Assembly (NCBI RefSeq): GCF_001194135.2
Contig: NC_068991.1
Location: 3,981,362-4,045,361 of the forward strand
From: Octopus bimaculoides
Lineage: Eukaryota
Direction of reading: 5' to 3'
DNA: 64,000 nt
Shown: piece by piece, positions 1 through 13,400 of the stretch
Numbering within the stretch: position 1 is the stretch's first letter
Layout: every line of letters begins with the position of its first letter
Position numbers and translations under genes: made by a program
Notes under the pieces: model-generated
Database searches by the model: none
The model's input: only the letters and a program-made list of their open reading frames with translations
Told to the model about the DNA's origin: nothing

Positions 1-63
1 TCAGCCAGTCACAATAGAGGAGACTTCATTAACATCGTATAAGCAAAAACATGGATAAAGCTA

Positions 64-1272
64 TCAGGTTGTCCGAAAAGTACTGAGCGATTTCTGGATT
101 TGTGTCTTTAAGCCCATCGTGCAATAATTCTAATCTTAGTCTGACTCATACTTCAGAATTGCTTGCATATTAAAGCTTATCGGCATATATTTTACTTTTT
201 TCAACTCTAATCGCCATTTGAAATGTGTAACCAAAAGATGCTTATTTGCCACTTAAGGCTTTTCTTCTTCAAAATATGTGAAAATGCTGTGGAAAAGTGT
301 AAAATCATCTGTGGAGGTTATGGATAAGATACTGTAAGTGAATCAACTGTTCCAAGATGGTTTTTAAAATGTAGAGATGCTGAGTTGAGCTTAGAAGGTG
401 ACAGTCGCTGTGGAAGATCCTCAACCTAAGATAACAAGAATTTGAAGGTAACCATTGAAGGAAACTCGAATATTATGACTAGAGAACTTGCAGAGAAGTT
501 GGAAGTTTCTGGAAATACCGTTCATGAAAAGTTAGTGAATATTGGATGTTTCTCGCTATGATGTTTGGGTGCCTCACAAAACTCTCAGAATAATAACTGC
601 ATGCACCGGTATTCCATCTGTGATACGCTTCTGAAACGCAATGAAAATAAGCCTTTCTTGAAACAACTGGTAACTGGAGATGAAAAATGGATTGTTTACG
701 ATAATATAGTGAGAAAAAAATCTATCGATCCTCCAAAACAGCTACCAAAGCAGAAGATCCATTCCTAAAATGTCATGCTTTGTGGAATTTCAAAGGCATT
801 ATTTACTACGAGCTACTCTTACAAAATAAGGCTATTAATGCTGATGTTTACTGCTGCCAACTAGCAAACTTGAATCAAGAGATCAAGGAAAGGGGTTGTG
901 TTCCACCAGGACAATGCCAGGCCACATGTGTCTTTGGCTACCCACACAAAGTCGCATGCATTTGAGAAGGGTCTCTTGCCCCATCTATCATACTCCCCAT
1001 GACATTGCACTATCTGACTATCATTTGTTTCCGTCTCTGCAAAACATTGTAAAGGGAAAATCATTTAACGATTCAGAGGGAGTCAAAACCCATATAGACG
1101 ACCTATTTTTCCCAAAAGCAACTGAGTTTCATGCCGATGGAATATTGAAATTGCCTGCTAAGGTCATAAAAAACGATAGAAATTACTTGAATGAATAAAG
1201 ATGAGAGAATGTTTAAAATTTCTTATCCTTTATTGCGCTTAAAGTATGCTAAGAACTTTCCGAACAACCTGA
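64..1272 (+). mobile_element. Full-length decayed mariner (DD34D) DNA transposon
   Basis: Left TIR TCAGGTTGTCCGAAAAGTACTGAGC (64-88) matches the reverse complement of the right end, TCAGGTTGTTCGGAAAGTTCTTAGC (ends 1272), at 21/25. TA flanks both ends (62-63, 1273-1274). Length is about 1.2 kb. Confidence 0.93.
223..1198 (+). pseudogene. Mariner transposase pseudogene with stops and frameshifts
   Basis: N-terminal HTH-like MCNQKMLICHLRLFFF...TVSESTVPRWF, WVPHK linker (~566), TGDEKWIVYDN (first D), YYELL, VFHQDNARPH (second D) and DIALSDYHLF (third D), spread over different frames. Confidence 0.92.
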
Positions 1273-1659
1273 TATTTATGCATTTCCTTCTGTAGATGCA
1301 AAAGAATTCTAACAAATCACCCTTTCAGTGGTCGTCTTTATGATTTTGATCACTGATGTACTAAAGCATCTGCTGTTGGCCCTATATATCTATGCATGCA
1401 TACATACGTACATAAACAGCTTCTAAACCTCTAGCTTCTATTTCCAAATTATAAATTCACATTTATCCAGTTAATAATTGGTTCACTTATCTTTGTAAGT
1501 AAATGTCTAAGTGATAATCTGGACAAGCTACGGGTTTTAGACAAAGACATCAACCAACTGACTCGCGCATATACATCAGACTGCGCCCTAAAATACTAAC
1601 CAAATCATTTCAGATCTGGCGCATGCACGAATGCCTGCAGTCATAATACATACTACTGA

Positions 1660-1699
<40 letters not shown>

Positions 1700-2580
1700 T
1701 AGATAGATAAGTATGTATATATTTGCATACATTCATTCGCTATATTTGCACGCACACTGTGCATGAGTTCCCGATATGGGTATATATNNNNNNNNNNNNN
1801 NNNNNNNNNNNNNNNNNNNNNNNNNNNNNNNNNNNNNNNNNNNNNNNNNNNNNNNNNNNNNNNNNNNNNNNNNNNNNNNNNNNNNNNNNNNNNNNNNNNN
1901 NNNNNNNNNNNNNNNNNNNNNNNNNNNNNNNNNNNNNNNNNNNNNNNNNNNNNNNNNNNNNNNNNNNNNNNNNNNNNNNNNNNNNNNNNNNNNNNNNNNN
2001 NNNNNNNNNNNNNNNNNNNNNNNNNNNNNNNNNNNNNNNNNNNNNNNNNNNNNNNNNNNNNNNNNNNNNNNNNNNNNNNNNNNNNNNNNNNNNNNNNNNN
2101 NNNNNNNNNNNNNNNNNNNNNNNNNNNNNNNNNNNNNNNNNNNNNNNNNNNNNNNNNNNNNNNNNNNNNNNNNNNNNNNNNNNNNNNNNNNNNNNNNNNN
2201 NNNNNNNNNNNNNNNNNNNNNNNNNNNNNNNNNNNNNNNNNNNNNNNNNNNNNNNNNNNNNNNNNNNNNNNNNNNNNNNNNNNNNNNNNNNNNNNNNNNN
2301 NNNNNNNNNNNNNNNNNNNNNNNNNNNNNNNNNNNNNNNNNNNNNNNNNNNNNNNNNNNNNNNNNNNNNNNNNNNNNNNNNNNNNNNNNNNNNNNNNNNN
2401 NNNNNNNNNNNNNNNNNNNNNNNNNNNNNNNNNNNNNNNNNNNNNNNNNNNNNNNNNNNNNNNNNNNNNNNNNNNNNNNNNNNNNNNNNNNNNNNNNNNN
2501 NNNNNNNNNNNNNNNNNNNNNNNNNNNNNNNNNNNNNNNNNNNNNNNNNNNNNNNNNNNNNNNNNNNNNNNNNNNNNNNN

Positions 2581-2650
<70 letters not shown>

Positions 2651-4378
2651 GCTCGCGCGTTGAATGTGATGCGTGAATGTTTTCGGTGGTTAGAATTCCG
2701 TTATATAAATAATTTTTATAAAGAGAAATTCTGTTTCCCTGAACGGTATCTCATACTTAATGGAATTCTATAGTGAAAAATAAATAAATAAACAAATGAA
2801 GCGAAAGAAAGAAGTCAAGTAAAAAGTAAATCCCTCGGATGCAAACCCTGAGGGCATCTTTCGTAAATCTGCTTATCGCCACGTTTGTGTTTTTTTCCAG
2901 TTTTACTTTATATGTGAACATCTATGGAAAGGCATCGAGGACATAATCGAAATATTCAGCATAATACATGTCTGACTATTGTGACTTATATAATCTTAAA
3001 ATCGATATACAGCATGCATCTGTGTACGTGTATACACGCGTGTCATTATACGTAGAAAGACAAAGAGAAAGTGAATGAGAGAAAGAGAGCTGGAGAGAGA
3101 GGAAAAAGAAACGAAAGAGGAGACAGAGACGGGTAGACATAAAGAATGGTGATTTATGATTTTTATTCTAGTCTTGTAAATAGCTGCTTCTTTTAAAACA
3201 ATAGCTGTCCACTCGTGACCGAGGAAGACTATCACTGACCATTGCCAATGCAAAATGTCAGTAATGTTTGTGCAAATTTTCGGTTCAATAAGTTTCGAGA
3301 ACACCCCCCAACCTATTAACATGATCGAGAGAGAAGCCGAGGCAAAATATCTAGTGCCTATCCGGGTCGCAGGCTTCGGAATGTGGGAGCGGCACGATCT
3401 TGAGTACCAGCAAATGATTTCCAAAACGTCCACTGCTATTCCCTGCATATTTGATTTTATACCAGAGCGATTTCCGAGAGACACCTTTTAACAAAAATGA
3501 TGGGTGCCTCCCTCCCAGTAGATTCCAGCACGCTGAACACGAACCAGGAATTCCTGGGGGGACAGTGGTATTAGATAGTTATTGAACCTACGCAGAGCTG
3601 ATCTGTCTTTTTTGACAGATTTTGCTTTTAGTCCTGCTGGGTTTCTAGCAACCCTCCTTAAGATGTTTTAACAATCTTAACGTGCATAAGCTATAGTCAA
3701 GCGAAGGACTGCTTCCGGAACCTGCCACCAAACATTGGCGTTTCGTACACAAGATGGTAGCTGAGTTTGTCCTCCACCACCGTTTGACAGCCGGTGTTAG
3801 TATGTTTACGACCAAAGAAGAACTAGCCCAATATGGCAGCAATCTAACGACTGAAACACGTGAAGCGTAAGTGATAAAAGGTAAAAGGTAGGGTCCATAT
3901 AACACATTATCCCTAAAAGCCTTATCACCCAAATATCAACAGTTTTTCGGCAAGTAACATTGAAGTCATAATTGCGTTTTTGCTTGATTAGCACGAAGGT
4001 GGTTGAGAATCTAATTGTACGAAAATTAGTTCCTTTTAACTCGGTGCCCGAAATGTCTGTACAAGCATTATCATAAATGAAATTTTTACTTATGATTACG
4101 TCTTAAGTTTTTCTTTACGATGTTGAATCTCACTTAGGTGTAAGAAAAAGCAATCAGAATGAATTATGCTAATAAACTCGTTAATAAACCAATTTCTAAT
4201 AAGGTAATAATTACTGCCATAGATACAAAGCTACACATTCGAATGCGTGTGTGGGGGGAGGGGTAGAATTGTGAACAGGTAAAATCAATTAAAGCGGCTG
4301 CATTACTAAGGAAAGATGAAAAAAGAGAGCGGTCCCACTGGGATATAAAGTCAAGTATTATTGTATATTGCTGTGAAA

Positions 4379-4688
4379 GCGGGTGGCTTCGTGGTTAGGG
4401 AATTCGACTCACGATTATAAGGTCGTGAGTTCGATTCCCGGCGACGCGTTGTGTCCTTCAGCAAGACAGTTTATTTCACGTTGCTCCAGTTCACTCAGCT
4501 GGCAAAAATGAGTTGTACTTGTATTTCAAAGGGCCAGCCTTGTCACACTGAATCTCCTTGAGAACTACGTTAGTGGCACACGTGTCTGTGGAGTGCTCAG
4601 CCACTTGCACGTTAATTTTACGAGCAGGCTGTTCCGTTGATCGTATCAGCTGGGACCCTCGTCTTCGTAACCGACGCAGTGCTCCTTA
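4379..4688 (+). mobile_element. tRNA-derived SINE, family 3 (CORE-like central domain)
   Basis: A-box-like GTGGCTTCGTGGTTAGG, B-box GAGTTCGATTCCCGG, then GTGTCCTTCAGCAAGACAGTTTATTTCAC resembling the CORE-SINE motif. A degenerate related head is at ~62870. Confidence 0.75.
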
Positions 4689-4859
4689 TATTATTATATT
4701 CTCAAATACGTTTCCTTCTCCCGTCCCTTCTTTATAATAAGGATTTCTTTCAGAAACACAGGGTTTAAAAATGTTTATTTTGTTCCTTGTTCAAAAGAGG
4801 TGCACATCTAATTAATATCCTTTCTACTTTTCGCACAAAGCTTGAAATTTTGAATTTGG

Positions 4860-5030
4860 GCTCCAGTGGATTTCATGGGCCCAATTATTCAACTAGTGTT
4901 ATATTTCATCGACCACGAAAAGATTAAATACAAAGTCAGCCTCGGCAGAATTTGAACTCAAGACGTAAAGATCCGAGAGAAATGCCGCTAAACATTTAGT
5001 CCGGCATGCTAAAGATTCTGCCAACTCACT
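4860..5030 (-). mobile_element. SINE family 1 copy (diverged)
   Basis: Reverse-strand match to the family-1 consensus seen at 23039 (CTCGGCAGAATTTGAACTC...AAATGCCGCTAAACATTT...GATTCTGCCAACTC). Confidence 0.75.
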
Positions 5031-5077
5031 GACTTACCTTTGACTAATATCAATTACCAAATTGGCGGTACGCTCGC

Positions 5078-5215
5078 TCAGGGGTATTTCGTCTGCCGTT
5101 ACGTTCTGAGTTCAAATTCCGCCGAGGTCAACTTTGCCTTTCATCCTTTCGGGGTCGATTTAATAAGTACCAGTTACACACTGGGGTCGATGTAATCGAC
5201 CTAATCCCTTTGGCT
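5078..5215 (+). mobile_element. SINE family 1 copy (5'-truncated)
   Basis: GGTATTTCGTCTGCCGTTACGTTCTGAGTTCAAATTCCGCCGAGGTCAACTTTGCCTTTCATCCTTTCGGGGTCGAT, near-identical to the 23039 and 60781 copies. Confidence 0.85.
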
Positions 5216-5684
5216 GTACTGTATTATATATATATATATATATATATATATNNNNNNNNNNNNNNNNNNNNNNNNNNNNNNNNNNNNNNNNNNNNNNNNN
5301 NNNNNNNNNNNNNNNNNNNNNNNNNNNNNNNNNNNNNNNNNNNNNNNNNNNNNNNNNNNNNNNNNNNNNNNNNNNNNNNNNNNNNNNNNNNNNNNNNNNN
5401 NNNNNNNNNNNNNNNNNNNNNNNNNNNNNNNNNNNNNNNNNNNNNNNNNNNNNNNNNNNNNNNNNNNNNNNNNNNNNNNNNNNNNNNNNNNNNNNNNNNN
5501 NNNNNNNNNNNNNNNNNNNNNNNNNNNNNNNNNTATATATATATGAAAATCGATGCACATGCGTGTGTATCCCCATACGTAAAAAGGTGATGAGAAGGGA
5601 GCTAAGATACTAGTACTCAGAACGATTATGTATTATGTATATATGGATGTATATGTATAAGAATTGATGTATAAATGAACTAAC

Positions 5685-5972
5685 CTTTTTTTCGATGGTA
5701 AGAATCTCAAACACATTAGCTATGTTTGGATGCTTAACCGCTTGAACTATTTCAATCTCTCTTGGTAGAAACCGATCCCTGAATTCGGCCGGAATTTTAT
5801 TCAAATCAAGGATTTTGATGGCAACCTTTTTGCGCTCATTCTCACTAAAGCCCAGTTTAACTTTACTGTACGATCCGTGACCAATGGTAGGGCCAAATTT
5901 ATATCCGCTTATCTCTATTGATGAATCTTCAATAAATCGTGAAGCTTTGCCGGTTTTCGATTCAGCAGTCAT
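5685..5972 (-). CDS. TSSK: First coding exon (96 codons) of a testis-specific serine/threonine kinase, TSSK family; remaining exons not visible
   Basis: MTAESK...GYKFGPTIGHGSYSKVK (Gly loop), KVAIKI (catalytic Lys), FRDRFLPREIEIV (TSSK-typical FLPRE alphaC), VKHPNI. ATG has A at -3 and an in-frame upstream TAA. Phase-0 donor AAG|GTTAGT at 5685/5684. Paralogue number cannot be assigned. Confidence 0.9.
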
Positions 5973-8109
5973 GATTTATACACAGTGATAACCATGACAT
6001 TTTGCCATTTCAGTTGTGAATAATAACGGTGGAGGTTCCTTTTGTTTTTGGTCGAAGATGGTGATGGCTTTTACACAAATATTTCCGTTTATATTTGTAC
6101 TGGTTTGATCGAAATTTTCGAAAATGTCGAATTTGCTACCAGAGAAAATCATTTCGCTTCCATATTTTTTATGAAACGAACGATGAAAATAAGTAAATAA
6201 ATGAGAATATTTAATTTAATAATAAACAGTAAGGCGAAAAAAAAAAAAAAATACAATACTTCTATAAATCTTAATTTAACGCATCATTTTCTCTCTTTTT
6301 CTTCGTATCATCTTGAGTTGCTTTTCTTTCTTTTATGACGTCATAGCAAACTGTTATCTCTATTTGCTGAGACTTGGCACAGCTTCCCTATTTAGCTTGC
6401 TTTATAGCAGAACATCACTGATGTGTTTGATAAACATTCTGGCATTCCTTTATTCCTTTAATCTCTTACCGGTTTCAGTCGTTGGACTGCAGCCATGCTG
6501 GCGTGTCATATTCTATGATTTATTTGCTCTTATGAATTTCAATACGTATCCCTCTCTATTCGTCGGTGTTCTGAAATACGAAACATAGATGAATAGTCCA
6601 TGAAAAGATAACAGATTTTAAACCGGTGTAAATATAAATATAGTCCCGCATGTAAACATATTTCTATTTACGTCAGTAACGGCTATCGTCTTTTGACGAT
6701 GCTGTATTTTCTTCATGTTGATTAAATATATTTTAGATGTGACATCGTAAGCTAACTGCTTTTATGCAAGACATACTATATATTGGTACTCTAGTAGTTA
6801 TTGAAAGTCACCGACACTGTACGTTCATGCAAACATTGAGCCTAACACGATTTTATTAACAATTAAATAAGCAGATTTGTGCAAATTTATCTCGGTATCT
6901 TGAGAGGTAAGATGAGCAGCGAAACCTGAAAAATTATTTATTTATCTAGTAGTAAAAAAAGAATGAGTTTTCCAGACTGCAGGGATAAATGGAAATTGTT
7001 ATCATCAAACTGGAGACTTTCTCAGAATGCTGCAATACAGGAGCTTCGCTAATGGCAACAAAAAGAATTGGTTGTGACATTAAGTTGGGCGATGGATTAA
7101 ATATAAAACAAATGCGCCACGCAGGAAATTCTCTAAAGACACGCAAAGATCAGGTGGTGGTTGGAAAATAAGCAACGAATTAAGTCTACAACCAAATGCC
7201 AAGAACTACCAGGGAACAAATAATGTTGCTGAGCGATGGATCACGGCTTCTATCAAGAAATCAGAACTCGAAGAAATGATTGGACTAATACCAGGAGACA
7301 TCTCATATAAACCTTAAATGTTTCCACCAATCGAACGCAGAAGACCTTTCTTTTCTTTCTTTTTTCTTACTTTGACACCGAAAGTTTGAAAACAACGCTG
7401 TTGTCAGCTGGATTTGAACCCAGAGAACCAAAAGATTAACGCTGGTCATTTTCATTCTTCGCTTTAACGATTCTGCCTATCCGGCGCCGTACATTTTTCA
7501 AATACATATGCGATCGAACAATATAATCAACATTCTAAGTTGCTGAAGAGAACTTCACGGACATAATTTTCACGTGGAATGAAGTACAGATGACTTAGAT
7601 GGCTGTGTATTTATTCATGATCCGAGAATTAGGACATTCTAGTAAGCAATGAAAGTTATCATTCTTCTTCTTAAGACATATCTATCTATCTGTCTGTTTG
7701 TCTGTCTATCTTCTGCTGCCTGCCTGCCTGTCTGCTTATCTGTCTATCTATCTGTATGTATTTATACATATATCAATATATACATGCGTGATGAAAGTGA
7801 CGAGCTGGCAGAAACGTTAGCATACCGGGTGAAATGCTTAACGGTATGCTAGGCCTCCAACCAGATTTTTCTTAACATCCTTAAAGACAGGAACATTTCA
7901 GCCCCTCCCTCCTCGTATACATGTTGCCGCCACTTCTGGCGCTGCTATCACAGGTCCAAGGATTTCAATCTATGGTAATAATACGATCAGTCAAACCACC
8001 GGTGCATATTGCACCATCCACCATCATCGCTTTAAAAAAACACATTTCCTGTGACTACGATTTTACAACTGTAGTTTTAACAGCACCATCACCACTGTCT
8101 CTATCTAAA

Positions 8110-8980
8110 ACGACACCAGCAGCAGTAGCAACAGTTGCAGCACCGCGCCACCACTACCATCACCACTACCATCACCACTACCACCACCACCACCATCACC
8201 ACTACCACCACCACCACCATCACCACTACCACCACCACCACCATCACCACNNNNNNNNNNNNNNNNNNNNNNNNNNNNNNNNNNNNNNNNNNNNNNNNNN
8301 NNNNNNNNNNNNNNNNNNNNNNNNNNNNNNNNNNNNNNNNNNNNNNNNNNNNNNNNNNNNNNNNNNNNNNNNNNNNNNNNNNNNNNNNNNNNNNNNNNNN
8401 NNNNNNNNNNNNNNNNNNNNNNNNNNNNNNNNNNNNNNNNNNNNNNNNNNNNNNNNNNNNNNNNNNNNNNNNNNNNNNNNNNNNNNNNNNNNNNNNNNNN
8501 NNNNNNNNNNNNNNNNNNNNNNNNNNNNNNNNNNNNNNNNNNNNNNNNNNNNNNNNNNNNNNNNNNNNNNNNNNNNNNNNNNNNNNNNNNNNNNNNNNNN
8601 NNNNNNNNNNNNNNNNNNNNNNNNNNNNNNNNNNNNNNNNNNNNNNNNNNNNNNNNNNNNNACCTCCACCACCACCACCACCTCCAATACCACCACTACA
8701 ACAGCAACTACCATCCCACCACCATCACCATCATCATCACCGCCAACATCAATAACAACCCCCCCCACCAGTATCACCATTCTAAACAACGATATCACGA
8801 CTTTACTACTACTTCTACCGCCACCACCACACCACCATTACTACCACTACTACCACCACCACCACCACCACCACTACCACTATCACTACCACTACCACCA
8901 CAATTACAACAACTACTGCTACTACTACTACTACTACCAGTAGTAGTGTCGGTGGTGGTTGTGGTGGTGGTGGTGGTGAT
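8110..8980. repeat. Compound (CAC/CAT/TAC)n trinucleotide tract spanning a gap
   Basis: CACCACTACCAT-type triplets on both sides of the N run 8251-8671. Confidence 0.9.
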
Positions 8981-10613
8981 GGTTCTTGGTAGTTATCCTA
9001 TTATTTCCTACATTTATCTTTGCCTTCTTTCCGATTATGTCCTGTTCTTTTTTTTGTTACTCAAATTCTAATAAATGAGATAAATAAATATATAAATAAA
9101 AGACAAAAGAACAACAAAAAAAAACAAGAAAAGGCATTTATATTAAATGCTTCAATATTGAAAACCCACAACGGAAACAAGAAATGTCGGCCCAACCAAG
9201 GCTCGGCATACACACGCTTAGTTTGATTATATATATATATATATATATNNNNNNNNNNNNNNNNNNNNNNNNNNNNNNNNNNNNNNNNNNNNNNNNNNNN
9301 NNNNNNNNNNNNNNNNNNNNNNNNNNNNNNNNNNNNNNNNNNNNNNNNNNNNNNNNNNNNNNNNNNNNNNNNNNNNNNNNNNNNNNNNNNNNNNNNNNNN
9401 NNNNNNNNNNNNNNNNNNNNNNNNNNNNNNNNNNNNNNNNNNNNNNNNNNNNNNNNNNNNNNNNNNNNNNNNNNNNNNNNNNNNNNNNNNNNNNNNNNNN
9501 NNNNNNNNNNNNNNNNNNNNNNNNNNNNNNNNNNNNNNNNNNNNNNNNNNNNNNNNNNNNNNNNNNNNNNNNNNNNNNNNNNNNNNNNNNNNNNNNNNNN
9601 NNNNNNNNNNNNNNNNNNNNNNNNNNNNNNNNNNNNNNNNNNNNNNNNNNNNNNNNNNNNNNNNNNNNNNNNNNNNNNNNNNNNNNNNNNNNNNNNNNNN
9701 NNNNNNNNNNNNNNNNNNNNNNNNNNNNNNNNNNNNNNNNNATATATATATATATGTATATATTGCTATCTATCAATCAATCAGTCTGTCTACCTACCAA
9801 CCTACCCATCTGTCTACCTCCGTATCTATCTATCTATCTATCTATGCATACATACATACATACATACATACATACATACATACATACATACATACATACA
9901 TACAAACATACATTCGTATACATGAACATACGCGTGGTCGTGTACGTCTGTTTGTACAAATTTGCATTTCGTTGTATTTATTGTGTTCGCTGTTAGTCGT
10001 CGGAGTCTTGTAACAGCCACTAATATAAAGTATTCTGAAAGAACGGTATTTGGTTTGGAACGAATGTTATTAGAATTAATTAAAAAAAATGCAATAAAAA
10101 GTATGTTACAAAATACAGCCATGTTCATATTTATACAAACACACATTGGCGTATCGTTGAATCTACGTCATTGCGTGACGTATGTGGCTGTCACAGCGCG
10201 CGTCTCTCTTTATATATATGTACACACAGATACACACAGATACACACAGATATAAATATATATAAGGATGTGTTAGTGCGTGGAAGTGTTTCGGTATGAG
10301 CAGAATTTAGGCTAGTGGAAATATGTTTGCAACATATTTCAACTGCTAAAATACAAATACACTGCAGGGACCGTGGAGAATAAGTCTTCCTTATGCTAAA
10401 AAGGTGTGAAAATACCGAATCTCAGGCGTCGGTGTTTCGAGCTATTTTGGCTATTGTCAATTAGATATACATAAGAGAGGCAACTATGAATGAACTTAGA
10501 CAGGTACAAGGTTATGTATAATCCAGTGAATATATTGACTGATTTGCGCTAGTAGATCGCCCAATCGAGGTAACCAACAAAGTGTTAGCATGAAGCAGTG
10601 CTTAGGTATGGGT

Positions 10614-10657
<44 letters not shown>

Positions 10658-10693
10658 CAGGGATACACACACACACAAACACACATATATATA

Positions 10694-10850
10694 TGACGGG
10701 CTTCTTTCAGTTAACGTCTACTAAATCCACTCTAAAGGCCCTGTTTGGCCCGAAGCTATAATATAGGATACTTGCCCAACGTGTCACGCTGTGGGACTCA
10801 ACTCGAAATGATACAGTCGGAAAGCAAGCTTCTTATCAGATAACCACGCT
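10694..10850 (-). mobile_element. SINE family 2, 5' half (diverged)
   Basis: GACGGGCTTCTTTCAG...ACTTGCCCAA...GTGGGACTCAAC matches the 57783 and 38445 copies. Confidence 0.7.
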
Positions 10851-10853
10851 TTC

Positions 10854-10897
<44 letters not shown>

Positions 10898-11650
10898 ATT
10901 AGCACAAATCTCCCCCCCCCCTTTATTTCGTACGTTCGTGTGAACTTGTAGCTTTGTTTCGCTTTTATTATTTTATTTGTTAACCCAGTTTTTGCAATGA
11001 TCCTGGTAAATAGTGATCTGAAAGGTGTGTAGGTGCTGTTGGGGGTCCTTGGTGGGGGCACTTTGTCCGATTTAGGCTTCCTGGTGTTTTGGGCAGTCTG
11101 GTTATTGGTAATGTAAACTGTATTCGTCATGTAATCATTCATGCTATCGGTGTTGTTACTATTGCTGTTGTTGTTGTTGTTGTTATTGTTGTTGTAGATG
11201 TTGTTGTTGTAGAAGTTGATGTTGTTGCTCTTGTGGTCGCTGTCTGCAGTCGAGCCTCGGCAGGTTAATAAGGTTTTGGGTTGATTGATGGCGGTGAAGC
11301 GATGCGGTGAGGGGTTTGGAGTAGTGTGTCTCGGTGGCGATTATTTTGGTCGATGGCGAACAGAAATGGTAAATGAAAACCCGGTTCCATCATGAGAAGA
11401 AAAAAAACAGCAATAATAATTTGATGAGAGAGAGACGGAGATGGAGGGAGAGAGATAGAGGGGAGAGAGGAAGAGAAAAGAATAGAGAGAGCGCAATCGA
11501 CAGAGTACTAGACAGAGGGAGAGGGAATGCTAGACATAGATAGAAGGAGAGACAGAGAGGGAAGGAAAGAGCATGACATAGAACAAAGTAAAGTGAAGGG
11601 AGTGAGAGAAAAGGAGAGAGAGAGCGAGAGCGACAGAACATTAAAGAGAG

Positions 11651-11737
<87 letters not shown>
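11651..11737. repeat. (AG)n microsatellite within an AG-rich tract
   Basis: Perfect AG run. Confidence 0.95.
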
Positions 11738-11741
<4 letters not shown>

Positions 11742-12265
11742 GAGATAGAGAAAGATAGAGAGAAGAACAGAGAAGAGGAGGAGAGGTTTAAGGCGAAAGA
11801 GAGACTAATAAAGGAACATAAATATAAAGTGTCTTGTACAAATGCGTACAGATTTATTATCAGAAGCTTACACACAAGTACACACACATACTTATATATA
11901 TATATACACGCACAAAGTGTGTGTATGTGCGTGTTTACATACATGCATACATATCTGGACGGACACACACACACAAACAAACACATATACATACGTACAC
12001 GAATAAATGCACACGCATATATGCAATTATATACTGATAGATAGATTTATATATTGTACATGTGTGTGTTCATGTCTCTCTCTGTCGCTCTCTCTATCTG
12101 TCTCTCTTTTGCTCTCTCTCTCTTTCTCTCTCTCTCTCTTTCTCTCTCTCTCTATATATATATATATATGCATATATATATGTATATATCTATATATATG
12201 TATGTATATATGTATATATATTTGTGTATATATACATTATATATATATATGTATGTATGTATGTA

Positions 12266-12323
<58 letters not shown>

Positions 12324-13014
12324 NNNNNNNNNNNNNNNNNNNNNNNNNNNNNNNNNNNNNNNNNNNNNNNNNNNNNNNNNNNNNNNNNNNNNNNNNNNNN
12401 NNNNNNNNNNNNNNNNNNNNNNNNNNNNNNNNNNNNNNNNNNNNNNNNNNNNNNNNNNNNNNNNNNNNNNNNNNNNNNNNNNNNNNNNNNNNNNNNNNNN
12501 NNNNNNNNNNNNNNNNNNNNNNNNNNNNNNNNNNNNNNNNNNNNNNNNNNNNNNNNNNNNNNNNNNNNNNNNNNNNNNNNNNNNNNNNNNNNNNNNNNNN
12601 NNNNNNNNNNNNNNNNNNNNNNNNNNNNNNNNNNNNNNNNNNNNNNNNNNNNNNNNNNNNNNNNNNNNNNNNNNNNNNNNNNNNNNNNNNNNNNNNNNNN
12701 NNNNNNNNNNNNNNNNNNNNNNNNNNNNNNNNNNNNNNNNNNNNNNNNNNNNNNNNNNNNNNNNNNNNNNNNNNNNNNNNNTATATATATATATATATAT
12801 ATAAATACATATATATGTACATACAAATCTATATAAGTAAAAATTACATATGAGTTGAGGGGTGACATATAATTTCAATCTATTGATAAATCTGCTCGTC
12901 TAATCTATTTATCTACCAAGTTTTGTGTTTAAAGTATTACCATTGCAGTTTAAAACTAGCGATCAATCTATCAATCTATCTGTCATTTCTAATCTACACA
13001 CATACATACATACA

Positions 13015-13059
<45 letters not shown>

Positions 13060-13088
13060 NNNNNNNNNNNNNNNNNNNNNNNNNNNNN

Positions 13089-13131
<43 letters not shown>

Positions 13132-13269
13132 ACATATATATATATACATACATACACACACATCAAGACATATTTCCTTGCGTATATACTCATGCATCGC
13201 GCATGTTTATCTACATTCAAAAGATAAGAATCATATTTATTTCTTCTGTGCCCTGCAATGCGAAACTAC

Positions 13270-13400
13270 CTCGGTCGATTGGCGGCATTTTCCTCAGCAA
13301 TGCATTCACCAACTTCAGGCCGGCGTATGTGATTGCGTAACGTCTGTGATTTGAAGTAGTGGCCTTCAGCAATTCCCTTAGAATATTTCGGAGGTGAATG
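13270..13400 (-). CDS. Candidate internal exon of an unidentified gene
   Basis: TTTATAG acceptor and GAG|GTAGTT donor. 131 nt of locally high GC, open in two frames (IHLRNILRELLKATTSNHRRYAITYAGLKLVNALLRKMPPIDR or HSPPKYSKGIAEGHYFKSQTLRNHIRRPEVG...). No family recognised. Confidence 0.3.

Noticed and set aside
3240-3440. Kinase-like words on the minus strand (KSFAGTQDRAAP; LIEPK...DILHWQW) as TSSK downstream exons
   Set aside because: They are in different frames with stops, with no HRD, DFG or APE motif and no splice sites.
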